A stretch of DNA of 64,000 nucleotides from assembly GCA_951406725.2 (NCBI GenBank), contig OX597833.1, positions 29,760,001-29,824,000 on the forward strand. The letters are read 5' to 3'. The DNA is from Octopus vulgaris. Taxonomy: Eukaryota. How positions within the stretch are numbered: the first letter of the stretch is position 1; each line of letters starts with the position of its first letter. Position numbers and translations under genes: made by a program. This document shows positions 24,061 through 38,230 of this stretch, in pieces. The notes under the pieces were generated by a model. It saw nothing but the letters and a program-made list of their open reading frames with translations. It was not told where the DNA came from and ran no database searches.

Positions 24061-26079
24061 CAGCAAAACTGAGTTCTAGAAGCACTGTGTGTCTTAACAA
24101 GAAAATTTCTCACACACTCTACCACAACAAACCAAACTACATCTCTCCATTTCTTCTCTTCCTCACATTTCCACTTCATGCACTAGGCTTACCCTCCACT
24201 CCCAATCCTGTCCTTTTGGCCCTGTGCCAGTGTATCATTGCTCTCCGCTGGCTTCAGACCTGTGTGTTCCACCCATGCCATCTCACTGTATCATTGTTAT
24301 CTGTGAGCTCCCAGCCTGTGTGTTCCACTCACATGTAACAAGAAAACCTTTCACACAACCTACCCTAATAAATCAATCTACATCTCTTCCTCACATTTTC
24401 TATATATAAACCAGGTTTTCACCACTCACTCCCACTGCTCCGCACTCTTTAATCACATTTCCATCACAATATCCTGCTATTTATATTATAGAGTTTGAGC
24501 CTCAAGGGCATCCAGCTGTAAAAGCCTTGCCAAAACTGACCTCGCCTGTGCTTGTGCCATGTAAAAGGCATCCAACTGTAGAAATCCTGCCAAAACAATT
24601 ACAGAAGTCTGGTGCAGGCTTCTGCCTGGCTGGCTCTTGTCAAACCATCCCACCCATGCCAACATGGAAAGCGGACATTAAACAGTGGTGGTGGTGGTGG
24701 TGGTGATGATGATGATGATGATGACAACAGCAAGATCTGATTTGAAAAAGATTTGATTGCTATTTCTATGAGCTGAGTGACCAAATATAAGGCCTCATTC
24801 ATTGGTTTTGTTTACTTTGCTGTTTGTTATAACTTCACATTTTTTATACACACACATACTTACATTTACCCTTAGTGAGTTTCTCTAGAAACTGTATTAT
24901 TTAGTGCTTCAGTTATGGCTTATGGCATCTTGAATTATATAGGGCTATAGTTCTCATGACATTTGTGGGCAGGTATTAAAGGTGGTGGGTGTGAACTTTT
25001 CTACCTTAACGCTACAAACCCCCATCACCTGTTAAAAGAAGTAATATATCATTCACTAATTCACAGTGAAATGAAAGTGTGGGGTTAGGGTAAATTATTT
25101 TGATTATTTATGTTGGTGTCGACTTTCCAGTTTACAAACCATTCATAACTTTCAACTGAAAGACGCAATTTTCTAAAGTTTTGCTGGATTGATATTCAGA
25201 ATTCTCCTCTGGTGAATATCTGTTTGAGAAGCCTATTTGTAAACCCTCAAGATTCTATTTTCTTTTAGTAAGGACAACGTATTGCACATCTTGTAATTTA
25301 TATTAGTATGTTTAATACTGTACTTTAGTTAGTCAAATCTGCCATCATCATCTGCCAAGTAAAAAAGCAGCATTTGGACATTAAATGTTAAATGTTGACT
25401 TAATTATTGGACGCTTGGTATGTTTATTTCTCAAATGGGTTTCAATTCAAAATCTTTATGTCTAATGCAGGTTTTCAAATTCTTTATGTCTATTTCTTTT
25501 GTCTTGCATTAGAAAGAATCTGAGTTCCAATTTCCATCTAACCATCTTTTTTGCCCACTATTCTTGAGAGGGCTATGGTTGTTATGACATGGATGGGCAA
25601 GATGAGCAATGAGGAGGTACGAAGGCAAGCAAGAATGAGAGAAAAACTAACAGCCAAAATGGATAGACAAATGTTGAGGTAGTTTGGTCACATGGAGAGA
25701 ATGGATGAGGAGCAGGTGGTAAGGAGGGTGATGAAGGTAGAAGTGGTAGGCAGCAGAACCAGAAGCAGACCTTGGTTTGTGTGAATGGATGGAGTGAAGA
25801 AAGCTTTGGGGGTTAGAGGTACCGGTGTGAGAGAGGCAAGAAAGTTTATAAATGATGGAAAAGCTTGACCCAAGTATAGGAAGGGACTCACTTCTTTGAG
25901 CTGAGAAATAAATGGAATGCCTGGTGTGTGCCTTGTTGTGGCTACCACTTCCGAAACAAATGGGGAATAGGCCTGGGTATATGTATATGTATGTATTCTT
26001 GAGAGGGTTACTGGGGTAGAATCCTCAAGCACCATCTCCTTAGGGTCCTATCAGAAGCAACTGTCATTAGACTTTCTGG

Positions 26080-28390
26080 CTAGATTCTGAAGCACGACTA
26101 ACTGAGGCTATGTATGTTATCCGACCATTTCATTCTTAGTCTATCCCTAGGTCTCCAGCCAGTTGGCTCCGCTTGAAGAATCCATCTTGCTATTCTTTCC
26201 AGCAATATTCTAATCACATGTTTGTAGTACCAGAGCTGTTACCTCTCAATGCTGAGAAGTAGTGACTTGACCTGGATAGACTCTCTGATCTCTGAGCTAC
26301 ACACCTTGTTGAATAATGTTACTCCAGAGATCCTGGATGGACCCCTTTTCAGTTGTTTGTATTTTCAATTGTCCTCTTTCAGTCATTACCCAACATTCAT
26401 GACCATAGGTGAGGATAGGCACAAAAATTGAATTGAAGAAAACAAGTTTAGCTTTTACACTAACATCTTCTGAGGATTGAATGTTGAAATTCTAGCACCC
26501 AGTTTCAGCCCTGAGATACTTAAGCTTCTCCACTTGTCTCAGTAACGTTCCACTAACATGCAGAGTGTACTGAAAAGACTTTCTTGAGAGGACCAGTGTC
26601 TCATAAATCGCATAAACAGCATAAATCGCATCCCTATCTTGCATTCTAGCAGCAAACCTATTCAATGCATGCTCGAGATCACCTGATTAGCCAAGGAGCA
26701 TCATGTTATCTGCAAATATCAGCCAACTGATCCCACACCTACCAATTGTGATACCACTCCCACAACTGTAGAGTCAATCTAATTCATAAACATTATGAAA
26801 AGGTGAGGTGACTTTACATACTCCTGCCAAAGTCCAATACCCATGTTCAAAGGTATTGACTTAGCACCATTTACCCAAACACAAAGATCTGAGCATTTGT
26901 ATAGGGACTTCATGCTAATCAGAAGTTGCCCATTAATCTCAAACTCTTGCAAAACCTGCCACTGCATGTCCCATGATATGTCATATGCTTTTTTAAAGAT
27001 TTACAATGCAAGTACACACCTAATGGCAATATTCACATGATTTCTCAAAGACCTGCCTTAGAGTGAGTATCTGGTTGGGTGTGCTGCATCCAGGATAGAA
27101 GCCACACTATTCTTCAGCTAGCAGCTAGCTTAGGCTTAACATTCTCTCAGCATTGCCTTTCCAGACACCTCTCATAGACTTTACCAGGGAGGCTCAACAA
27201 AGAAATTCCTATATATTAGAGTATTTTCTTATTCCCTTTGTTTAAAAATTGGGATTGCTATTACTTTAGTGTCTTTCCAGACACTAAAGCATATAAAAGT
27301 TTCTATTAAAGGCTTTTGATATCTCAGACTGAATTTTATCCTCTCCAGTGTTCTTACCACAGGAGTACCTTAATCACCTTTGTGATTTCAGCCTCTGTGA
27401 GGTTAGTCCTCACCCCTAGATGCACCATGTGTCCACTACAAAACTTTAAGAGATCAGTAAAATATGCTCTCCACCTCCCAATTGCTCTTCTCTGTGGAGA
27501 GAACTTTAGCTGAATTCTTAATGACAGGTGTGGAAGAGTACTTCTTGATATGAATTTGACAGATGGTCTTCCAGAATACTTTATTAGCCAATCTAAATTC
27601 AGAATCCAGCTTAAACACAAAATCTTCTCATGACTTAACCTTGAAACACCTTTGACATTTCTGTTGTTGCAGCTTCTCTTGCATCAATATATCATCTAAA
27701 GGAGAAATTCATTTCCAAGCTTTTTTGTTTAGATAGCATTTTTAACTTCCTGGCTAAACCAGGAATTCCTTTTCTACCTGATGCCACAATGAGTCCCTTT
27801 CATCCCCAGCATTATACAGTCAAAGAAGAAACTGTCAAGCAAAACAAACTCCATTCCATTTTGGCATCACAAATTTGTTCAGAAAGGTTTCTTTCTGAAT
27901 TTCGATGCAATAGTGATTGCATATTTGTTTCTGATTCCATCATCTGCCAAGTCTTCCCACTTTATTCTGCAAGTCACACTGGATTTAGCAGTTTTGTGAA
28001 TTCTCCTTATTTTAGATAGTCCCAGGTTGCAGACAATTAGGTGGTGATCAGTTGATAGTTCCAATCCTCTCCTTTACATGAATATTCAGCATAGAATCAA
28101 AGAAGTCAGCAATGATAACAAAATCTGTCAATGATTTCTGTCCCTCAGTATCCCAATACCAGGTATAGTTAAGGATATCCCTATATTGGAAGAAAAGGTT
28201 CATAACGGAGAGCTCATTTATAGCACCGAAGTTCAAGGTCACCGTTCCTTCCAGTCACTCCTTTCCACATCTGGTGAATAGTGCCAACATGTGCATTGAA
28301 GTTTCCTAGTAGGACAAAAGATTTGGTTTTAACTGCATCTAAAGCTGTACTGACTTCATCAAGGAAGTAGGGATACTCACAAGACTTTGG
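26080..28390 (-). mobile_element. Degraded RTE-like LINE (endonuclease + RT)
   Basis: Minus-strand remnants: LLGNFNAHVG, YTWY...KSLTDF, LSTDHHLIV, DF.KAYD, GLWQEYVKSPHLF, FADN. Confidence 0.75.
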
Positions 28391-29176
28391 CTGTTAAATT
28401 ACGTTATGGAGTAGATTCCACTAAGTGGGAAGGTCTGCCTCCTGAAGCTTACATTGAAGGAAGGACTGCTGTAGCTGTTGCAAGTACATGTACCAAACAG
28501 CAAGTCCAAATACAAATCCTTCTCTTGTTAACCTGTGCAACAGACAATACAATGTTGTGTGGTTGTTATATTGCAGTTTGAATAAATGCACACACACACA
28601 CGTGCACACACAATGTGTGCACACATTCACACGCACACACACACACACATACATACATATTCATGAGAATGAGATACTTTGACTTCAAATTGTATTATTA
28701 TCCTGTCTCTGTAGGCTTATATTTTGTCTGGGTTTGTATATCGTGCATATGTCCAGTTATCTAATTTGTATTTTCTTTCTTCATATGTACCTGTTTAAAA
28801 GTGTATTAACATATATTTGTATTCTTTTCTGTATGTGTAGGAATAGTTGTATGTATGTTCATTGTGCCTATGTTTATTTAAATTTGCATATTTTTTGGAG
28901 TGGTTTCTTATCCTCAAGCAATATTGCATTATCTATGTATATATATATAAGGTGATGAGCTGGCTGAATTGTTAACAAGGTGGAAAAAATGCTTAGCAGC
29001 ATTTCATCAATATTTACATTCTGAGATCAAATTCTGCTGAAGTTGACTTTGCCATTCATCCCTTTCTGGGTCGATGAAATAAGTAAGGGCTAAGAACTTG
29101 GATCAAGGTTACTGACTACTCTGCCTCTCCAAAATTTTCAAGTCTTGCACCTTTAGTAGAAAGACTTATCTATATA

Positions 29177-30830
29177 CAGTAGAACCTCACAGTATGAGTG
29201 CACCATTGTACGAGTAATTTGCTGTATGAGCTGAGGCTGGTGCAAATTTTTGTCTTGAAGTATGAGTGGAAATCCGCAACGCAAGTGAGTTTCATACAAG
29301 TAACTGCTAGTTGGCACTGAGCTTGCACATGCTCTCCCAACAAGTACAGCCTCTGCTCACTCAGTTCATGTGTTTATCTCATTGTGACAGCATTCCTGTT
29401 GTGTTTTCCCAGTGTTTTTTTTAGTTTTGTGTGTTTTTTGCAATTATTTTATAATTAGCTCTTAGTCATGGGTCCTAAGAAGATTAGTGTAAAGGACAGT
29501 GCTGAGAAGAAAAAGCCGATTATGATAGAATTGAAGAAGGAAATCATCGATGAACATAAAAAAAGAGTGCGTGTAGTGAACATGGCAAGTCAGTGTGACT
29601 GAAGTACATTGATGATCTACATCATCCTGAAGAAAAAGGATGAGATCAAGGCCATTACAACAGCAAAGGATGTCTCCAGGCTCTTCAAGCAATTCACATA
29701 TGTCCAGATGGAAAAATTGCTTCTCCTACAGATCAATGATAAGCAACTTGCAGAGGAAATAATTACAGAGGCCATCATTTGCGAGAAAGCACAAGCACTA
29801 TATGGGGATCTCCTGAAGCAGAACCCTGGAACATCGACAGAGGAGACATTAGCAGATGTATTTAAGGCCTGTCATGATTGGTTCAATAATTTCATGAAGA
29901 GGACTGATGTTCAAAGCATTATCAGGTATGGAGAAGCAGCAAGTTCTGACATGAAGGCAGCTGAGGATTTTGTGTCTATTCTGTCAGCTCATTGCAGCTG
30001 AGTACATCACACAACAAATATTCAACTATGATGAAACTGGCCTTTTGGAAAAAAAAAATGCCCAGAAGAACATACATAATTGCAGAGGAGAAGGAAATGC
30101 CAGGCCACAAGCCTATGGCAGATAGGCTAACTCTCACCTTTTGTGCCAATGCGAGTGGAGACTTGAAGATTAAGCCACTCTATGTCTACCATTCCAAAAA
30201 TCCACAAGAATTCAAGTTGCACTAAATTCTGAAGGAGAAGCTGCAGTTCATGTGGAGGGCAAATGTTAAAGCCTGGGTTACCAGGCAATTCTTCACTGAG
30301 TGGGTCAACTCTCTCTTTGGACTATCAGCGAGAAAGTACCTTCTGGAGAATAATCTTCCTCTCAAAGTCCTCCTCATCCTCAACAATACTGCTGCTCACC
30401 TTCCTAACTTTTAAGATGATATCCTGGACAAATTAAAATTTATAAAAGTTCAATACCTTTCACGCAACACCACACTTATCTTGCAGCCCATGGACCAACA
30501 GGTGATTTCTGATTTTAAGAAATTGGACACCAAATACCTGTTTTGTCAGTGCTTTGAAGTCACTGAAAATACAAATATAACCTTTCATGAGTTTTGGAAG
30601 GAGCACTATAACATTGTTAACTGCCTGAAAACCATTGATATGGCCTGGCAGGGTGTAACAAGGGAAACACTGAATTCTGAATGGAGGAAACTATGGCCTG
30701 GCTACATATCCAAAAGAAACTTTGAGGGGTTTGAGTCTGAGACACTTGAAGTTGAGGAGATAGTGTCTCTTGGCAAGTCCATGGGCCTCAAGGTTGACCA
30801 TGGGGACATTAACAATCAGCTTTTTGTCTG
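29177..30830 (+). mobile_element. Tigger/pogo-family DNA transposon, 3'-interrupted, with a decayed transposase from ATG 29468
   Basis: TA|CAGTAGAACCTC left end; MGPKKISVK start; CENP-B-like HTH; motifs [33 protein letters not shown]. Confidence 0.85.
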
Positions 30831-32270
30831 ACACAATGTGGGTGACATCATCTCCAAATGCTTCCTAGTTCACACAGAATACCTCTCATTATCTCTAGTT
30901 TCCATGATAGTGGAAGAGTCAATACACACAGAGGAGAGAAGATGCAACAATCTTTATAAATTGAGTGTATGATACATAGTGGTTGTGATAGGTGGTCATT
31001 CACCCCAAGCAAAGAGCTGTCATTGTACATTGTGGAAATCCAGCTCCTGAAGATGTTACTGAAACTGACTGCTGTGTGGACTGCTGCCAAGTATTGGTGG
31101 TTGCTCTTATTAAAAGGTGGTCAGGGCTCCACCCCATGCCAGTTTCATTTCCTACCCTCTCATATCATTATGAGTGGAGGTTGTCATGGATTGATCTATA
31201 TGAGATGGTGCATGTTTCTGCATCACCAATCAGACCACCAATGGCAAATGCCAATCTATTTGTAAATACCTTGACTAAAATCTTGAAGTTTATGTTTAAC
31301 AAAGTTATGGATCAAACATTTTGAATTTGGTTCTCTTTGTTGCAGTCTTTTCGTAGTGCTATGCCCCTCAGCTCACAGAATTGAGGATTCTCCTGTTGCA
31401 GGAGAATCTGCTACCAGTTGCAGCAGATACATGTCAAGGGGGCCACAAATAAGTTTGTCATATGAATATAAAGCAGGTGCAGGAGCTGCTGTGTGATAAG
31501 TATCTTGCTTACCAACCACATGGTTCTGGGTTCAGTCTCACTGCGTGGCATCTTGGGAAAGTGTCTTCTACTATAGCCTCAGGCCGACCAAAGCCTTGTG
31601 AGTGGATTTGGTAGACGGAAGCTGAAAGAAGCCCATCGTATATATATATATATATGTGTGTGTGTGTATGTTTGTGTGTCTGTGTTTGCACCCCTAGCAT
31701 TGATGGACAACCGATGCTGGTGTGTTTATGTCTCCGATAGGCTTACAAAGAATAAGTCCTGGGGTCGATTTGCTCGACTAAAGGCAGTGCTCCAGCATGG
31801 CCGCAGTCAAATGACTGAAACAAGTAAAAGAGTAAAGAGTATATGATAGAATATTTAAACCAGGCAATTTGACCCCGCTGCAATTAGCCATTGTTTCCCC
31901 TATTTCCAAGGCTGTTATTGATTTTCTACCACACTCTACCTCCAGTGGCAAGAGCTGTGGCAGGCTGTCAAGTCAAGGTAGGCACTGAAATTCATCCTGT
32001 AACCTGGTGAGCCACTTATCCCAAACAGTCAAGCAAAGTGCCAATGAAAAGCTGCAGTCATCATCCTCATCATAGGCTACCAAAGACTGAATTGTAGCTT
32101 TGTCACAAAGTTGAATCTCTGTCACTTGGGCCCATAAAACAGCTTCCATTCCTTCATGATCCATCCCTGACAACACAGCAATTGTGCTTCATGTGGAAGA
32201 AGTGATTACATGTTACTCTCACCACATGCATGCTGGTTATGATGCCTTTCCTAAACACCTCTAATAAGTT
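30830..32270 (-). mobile_element. Degraded Tx1 ORF2 fragment split by a SINE
   Basis: EGMEAVLWAQVTE..CDKATIQSL matches EGINAARWARVVE..GNDATIRSL of the 591-5117 element; HQYLAAV...WISTMY...VNDHLSQP is an RT remnant. Confidence 0.7.
31475..31842 (+). mobile_element. Full-length tRNA-derived SINE with an internal microsatellite and CR1-like 3' tail
   Basis: Head ggtgcaggagctgctgtgtgataag...ggttcagtct; tail ggcagtgctccagcatggccgcagtcaaatgactgaaacaag plus (taaagag)n. Related pieces at 18000-18340, 19380-19810, 22315-22440(-), 39030-39240 and 48545-48700(-). Confidence 0.85.
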
Positions 32271-33239
32271 TTTATAAATTCTTTTGTTTATTGCCCCATG
32301 GAAACTCCCATTCTGTCAGGATAGTTTTTTTAGTTTGTTCTAAGTTTTTGAATTTTTCGGATTTGTATGTATGTTACTATGTTATTAATATGAGTGATGT
32401 AGTCATGTGTAATGTTTGTGTGTTCCTTAATTCTTTGTTGTTTGTGTCTATGGTTGTGTAGCTTATGATATTTCTTTGTGGGTGTTGTTCTTGTTGTTTG
32501 GATTGTGTTTGTGGTAGTATTTGCTGTGTTGATATTGTCTGTGGTAGTTAGTAATGGAGTTGGTGTTCATGTTGTCTTCTTTGCAAATCTCCCAGCTTTC
32601 TGTGGGAGCAGATTGATTTTGTTTTCTTCCTCTCCTTTCTCTTCTTAAGGGGACAGTTTTCCATTTTTCATCTTTATCACATTCACTGCCAAACATATCT
32701 GAGTGATTTGAAGGCAGAGAAAAGTATACATTGTATTGGGATTGGGGGATTCTGTTGCTGGTATTGGTGATGATGTTCTTGATGCTACTGTTGCTTATTA
32801 TTATTACTGTTACGGTACGGTACATCTGTTCAGGTAATGTCAATTTGATGGAGAAAGCTAATGTACAGCACATACATTTGATCACTATAAACAAATCACT
32901 TGTTGAACAGGTCGTTTGGCAAAAGCTGAATGTTCATATGTCATTTTCAATGGGAGAGTCCAATATTATTTATAACAATAATAACAATAATAATAATACT
33001 TTCTGTTATTGGCCACAAGGGCTGAGCACAAAACAAATAGGGACAGTACAATACAAGGGACAAATGGGGGTGTTGAACAATGCCATGAATACAATAAGTA
33101 ATGGAAGTCTGTCGGGGTTCAACAACGACGTCAGTGATGCCGTAGGTGGGAGCAGAACCCAAAGGCGAATGTGCAGATATGGTCACATGTTGGGCATGTA
33201 ACAGCAGAAGTAGGGTTGGGGATCCTCTCTTTTCAGGCT

Positions 33240-34601
33240 TGTTGCATCTGGTCCAGGCTCTTGAGGCGCTTTTCCTTGAACAGCCTAAAACCCTTTTAGA
33301 GAGCTGGACACCAGGCGCTACAGTCAGAGGCAAGCGATTCCCAGCCACAGGCCTCAAGGGAAGTTTTCAGGCTGTCCTTGTATCACCTTAGTGGCCTTCC
33401 AGGGTTTCTTACTCCAGAAGCCAGCTCAGAGAAGATCATCCATTCGGACTACATGTCTGACCCACTGGAGCTGGGCCTTCATGATGAGGGCTTTGATCCT
33501 GGGCATTTCAGCTCTGTGAAGCACCTCAGTGTTGGAGACTCTGTCCTCCCAGGAAATTCCCATGATTCGTCGTAAGCAGCAGAGGTGGAACTGGTCAAGT
33601 ACTCGTATTTGCCTCCTATACAGCATCCACATCCCACAGTCGTAGAGCAGAGAGGTGATGACGACTGACTTATATACTATCAGCTTGGTGGAAAGTCTGA
33701 TGCCTCATTCGGCCCACACATGTGTCCAAAGTCTGCCAAACACCAGGGCTGGGCGCTGTGGCATGTCTTGGATGGCCTGCTGGTCAATCTGGGAAGGTCT
33801 GTTTAGTAGCTGACTGAACTGTTCACTCCAGCGCTGTATGATGTCACCCTTCTCAGTAAGCAGGGTTCCATCGGCAGAGCGCACGGGTGCCATTGCATTT
33901 AGTGTGGGGCCATACATGTCTTTCAGGCCGGCAAAGAACTTCTTGGAATTGTGCTCGTCTGCATACTGCTGTAGTTCTGCAGCCTTGTTTTCCCACCACT
34001 TGTCTTTCATCTGTCGCAGCTCAGTCTGCATCTTTCCTCTGATGTTCTTGAGGCGGTCGTGCTTGACTTGGGAGTCTTTGTCATTGAGCCAGGCTGTGAA
34101 GGCTTCTTTCTTCTCCTGGAAGAGGGTGGCGATCTCCTTGTTGTTGTCAAACCAGTCTTGGTATTTCCGTTTTGTGTGGCCAAGGGTAAGGCTGGCAGAG
34201 TCATATACTACATCCCGGAAGTTGGCCCAGGCCTTCTCAAGGTTTCCCTCTGCTGGCAGATGTTCAAGCTGGTTCGCAAGGTTGTCAATGAGGGTCTCTT
34301 TTGTTTTTGGTTCATTGAGTTTCTGGATGTCTAGTTTCTTTTTAACATCAGCTTTCTGGCGTCTATGTCTGCTGACGATGGAAAAGGACAGTCTGCACCT
34401 CAACAGCAGGTGATCTGTCCATCAGTCAGCTCCCCTCATTGCCCTAGTGATGGGAACATCCTGGATGTCACGGTGCCTGGTGATCACATAGTCAATCAGG
34501 CACCAATATTTGGACCTTGGGTGCATCCAGGTAGCCTTGTGGATGTCAGGCAGTTGGTACAGGGTATTGGTGATGGTGAGTCTCTGTTCAGCGCAGAAGG
34601 T
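33240..34601 (-). mobile_element. RTE (BovB-like) LINE fragment with the RT core deleted
   Basis: Endonuclease end (TWMHPRSK, LIDYVI, RGAD.WTDH) and linker ORF 33705-34403, joined directly to the post-RT region (FGRL, LDQFH.CCLRRIMGISW, QWVRHVVRM). Confidence 0.85.
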
Positions 34602-34650
34602 GAGTAGAGTACAATAAGTAACAAAAAACAAATAACAAAACAATTAAACA

Positions 34651-34881
34651 ATATTCTGTTGTGTCTGGGGAGAGTTATTTTCTTTTTGTGCCTTATAATA
34701 TAACACACTCACTGGTAAAATTTCTACTTTTTTTTCTTATTTTTTATTGAAAAGGTTGCAAGATGCAACGAAAATTTTAGGAAAATAAAAATAAGAAAAA
34801 GAAAGTGGAAATTTTACCGGTGAGTGTGTTATATTATAAGGCACAAAAAGAAAATGACTCTCCCCAGACACAACAGAATAT
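34651..34881. repeat. ~95-bp inverted repeat (foldback)
   Basis: atattctgttgtgtctggggagag...tttcttattttt versus aaaaataagaaa...ctctccccagacacaacagaatat. Confidence 0.9.
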
Positions 34882-34884
34882 GCT

Positions 34885-36760
34885 TCAACACACGAACTCA
34901 CATAAAGAATCTTGCAAACCAAATCCCAAAACGAAATTAAATAAAAATTCCCCAAAAGCAGGGAGTTCCTCACAGGGACAACCACAGAACCTCACACAAC
35001 CTGGTCATCCTGAGTACCAGGTGCACCTCAACAGACACATCTCTCCTTCTCAACTCTTCCAGTTTACAAATGAAAGTTCACACAGGCCATCTTCACCACA
35101 TACACCCACCTTTCAACAAATTTACTAGGGGCAGGGGCAGAACTTCCCTTTACAAGTGAAACTTGAGAAAGTGAATGAGGGACAAAGAGGAAAGTATCTG
35201 TTTTCAGTCCTTTCAGTCTTGTCCACCACACTACCTCCTTCGCTATGGCTACCAGACAGAGGAAAACTGCCTTTCCTTCCCAGCCAAAGGAAGGCAGCCA
35301 GGCGATTTTCACAATGGACTCAACTGATAATTGGATTTATGCTATATACAATAACAGCTGTTCACAAAGCTCCACAAGTCAGTAATGCATGGACACCGGA
35401 TGAGTATGTGCAGGATGGTTTTGTTGCTCTGCGTACACCTTGGACAGGTCCGTCTGACAGTACTTCCATATCTATAGAGCTTGTCTCAAACCGGCAGAGC
35501 TCCCTGGTAGCACTGCCAGGCCAGGGCCTTCTGGAAGTTATCCATAGGCCCCAGAAAAGACCAGTTAATTGATCCCTCCTGATGCCCAGGATTTCTCCAA
35601 GGACATCATTGCTCTTGTCTGCCACTATCTCCTACAGAACTCCATAGTGGAACTTCCACCGACTGCATTGCTTGGCTGGTAGAAAGCTGTGAGCACTTGC
35701 CAACATTTCAGGTGCCAAGCGTCTTTTCTTGGTCTATGTTTGATCCAGAGCTGTAGTTCTGTCAATGAGATGAGCTGCGGAAAATACTGCTTGAAAAATG
35801 GCAACCACACCTGTTCAGCATTAAGAAAATGCTGGAGATGTAGCTTCAGAGCATGTCTGCACATTAATAGCCACGGCATTCTCAGTCCTCCATTCAGCAA
35901 ATGTTGACAGCAGATGGACCATCTGATGAGTGGAACATGTCCCTTCCACAGAAAGCAGAAAAGCAAGTGCTCCTGCTTGGTCAGCCATGAAGCAGAGCAA
36001 GGGACGATGGTCAGACAGTAATAGATGACTGAAGCAATGTATGCATTCACCACCCTGCCCAATCTTTCAGGAACAGCTTCCTCTCTGTTCATTTCTGGGT
36101 GAAATTGGCTACCCTGCTCATGATCTCTTCCCCAGTCCTTGTCCACCTGGAGGCCCAGACCAAATCAAACCCCAAGCAATTTAACCGGTGTTTCCATCCA
36201 GTGCTTTACAATGCTGTTAGTTGGTATGGACCTGCCTCTCTAGGTGCCAAGCTGCAGGCCCACCAACTTTCCAGATTAATTTTTGCTTATGTCACTGCTT
36301 CATGCTCCTGTAAGGTAGAGCCGATCACCTCAATTTGCAAGTTGTCCAATACTATTACTGTGATGTCGTCTGCATAGGCCAACAATAGCCTTCCGCATCC
36401 TAGATCATGCGCAACCTCCTCAATAATGGCTCAAGAGCCAGCATGCATAGAAAGGAGAGAGTGGGCATCCTTGACGGACCAAGAAAGTGATGCTTAATGA
36501 TTCTGCTATACATTGCAGCGATCCAGCCTCTGAAAATGGGACCAAAGCTGGCTGTCATGAAGACAACCTCCAAGTATTGATGGTCAACCCTGTCAAAAGC
36601 TTTTAATTGATCCAAATTGATCAGAGCCCCACCCATGCCAGGTTCCTTTCCTACCCTCTCTATGATGTAGCATATGAGGTGGAGGTTGTCGTGAATAGAT
36701 CTGTTTGGAATAGCACATATCAGTACATTACCAACCAGCTTACCAATGACAAGTGCTGAG
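34885..36760 (-). mobile_element. Degraded Tx1 ORF2 3' half
   Basis: GGALINLDQLKAFDRVDH, AYADDIT and NAYIASVIYY.LTIVPC...LLFCFLWK, similar to 3250-4800. Confidence 0.85.
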
Positions 36761-37059
36761 AAGAAGAATTGTTTCTGATATAGTATTGTTTCTGAAATTT
36801 GAGAGAGGGATTAATCAATACCATCAACTTGAGTACATAATTTATTGATACAGAAAGGATGACAGGCAAAGCTGACCTTGGAAGGATTTGAACTTAAAAT
36901 GTAAACAGCTGAAACAAATACAAGGCCTTTTGCCTAATGCTCTAATGATTCTACCAATACACCACTCCAATAATGATAATAATGATGATGGTCACTCCTA
37001 TTGATTTTGATGTATGTGTGTTTGAAGAAAAGGATTAAAAATTAAAAAAAGGTAAAAAA

Positions 37060-38230
37060 AAAAAAAGAAACTGTATATTAAGAGTTGATGAAATATAAAC
37101 CCAGATATAAAATTACTGAAAGATGATGTCATTAGATCACTAATTAGATTAAATACAGGATACAAGTATTTAAGGGTGCTTCAGGACAATAGGTTAATGG
37201 ATGGAGAAACAAGAGAGAAAAATCTAAGGAATGTGATCAAAAAATTGGAATATCATCAAAGCAATGAATACATGGGCCATGCCAGTATTAAGATATTCTG
37301 TTCCTTTCCTGACAGAGTTACAGAACTTAGATTAGAAGAACTAGAAAGCTGCTCCTGTTGCACAATGTGCATCATCATAAAAGTAATATCAACAAGCTTT
37401 ATCTACAAAAAATTGAAGGAAGCAGAGGATTGCTAAATGCAGAAGACACCATTAGTACTGCAATATTGGGTTTCAAAAACTATGTTGTGTAAAGTGAAGA
37501 AAGAATATTACTAGCAGCTATAAATGTCCAAAAAGTTACTGAAACAGTATGAGTTATTCAAGAAGGGAATTAAGAAGAAAATAAAGCAAATAGCTGGAAA
37601 GAGAAGGAATTACATGGCCAGTTCATGCAACAAACAGGGGATGTTAAAATTAAAGAATATTCTGGCTGACAGACAGAAACCTGAAATGAGAAACTTAAGT
37701 GCTAGATATAGCTGTTGAGGAACAAGCCAATAGGACAAATTTGACAATGGCAAAGATTGATAAAACTCAGAAAACAAACACATAATCTATGGGGAAAGAA
37801 AATAAAGTATTTGTCATCTCTTGAGTGAATGAAGTAAGCTAGCACAAAAAGAGTATAAGTGCAGAAATAACTGTGTAGATAAAAGAATGTATTGGGATGT
37901 TAGCTGAGAATGTGGATTTAAAGTAGCAGAAAAGTGGTATGAACATGAACCTGAGGCTGTGATAGAGAACAATGATTACAGGTTTTTATGGGATTTCCAC
38001 ATAAAGTCTGACAGGAAAAAAAGGGTAAGATGTTAGACTATGCAATGCCATATTATAATAGAATATCTACTAAAGAAATTTAAAAAATTGAGAAATATCA
38101 GGACCTAACCTCAGATATGAAGAGACTGTGGAAGAATAAGACTATTATTCCTGTGGTAATTGGTGCCCTTGATACAATATCCAGATTGCTGCTTAAGAGG
38201 CTGAAGGATATTAGAATTGAGATTCATTGT
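37060..38230 (+). mobile_element. Degraded R4/Dong-like RLE non-LTR retrotransposon, 3' part
   Basis: YKYLRVLQD, CHLLSE.SKLAQKEY, WYEHEPEAVIENNDYRFLWDF, EKYQDL, IPVVIGAL. Confidence 0.8.

Noticed and set aside
31475-31560. tRNA gene
   Set aside because: tRNA-like A/B boxes are the head of a SINE; no full cloverleaf or terminator.
33838-34413. 191-aa + strand ORF and similar antisense ORFs over LINEs (e.g. 62781-63341)
   Set aside because: Shadows of the retroelement ORFs on the opposite strand.
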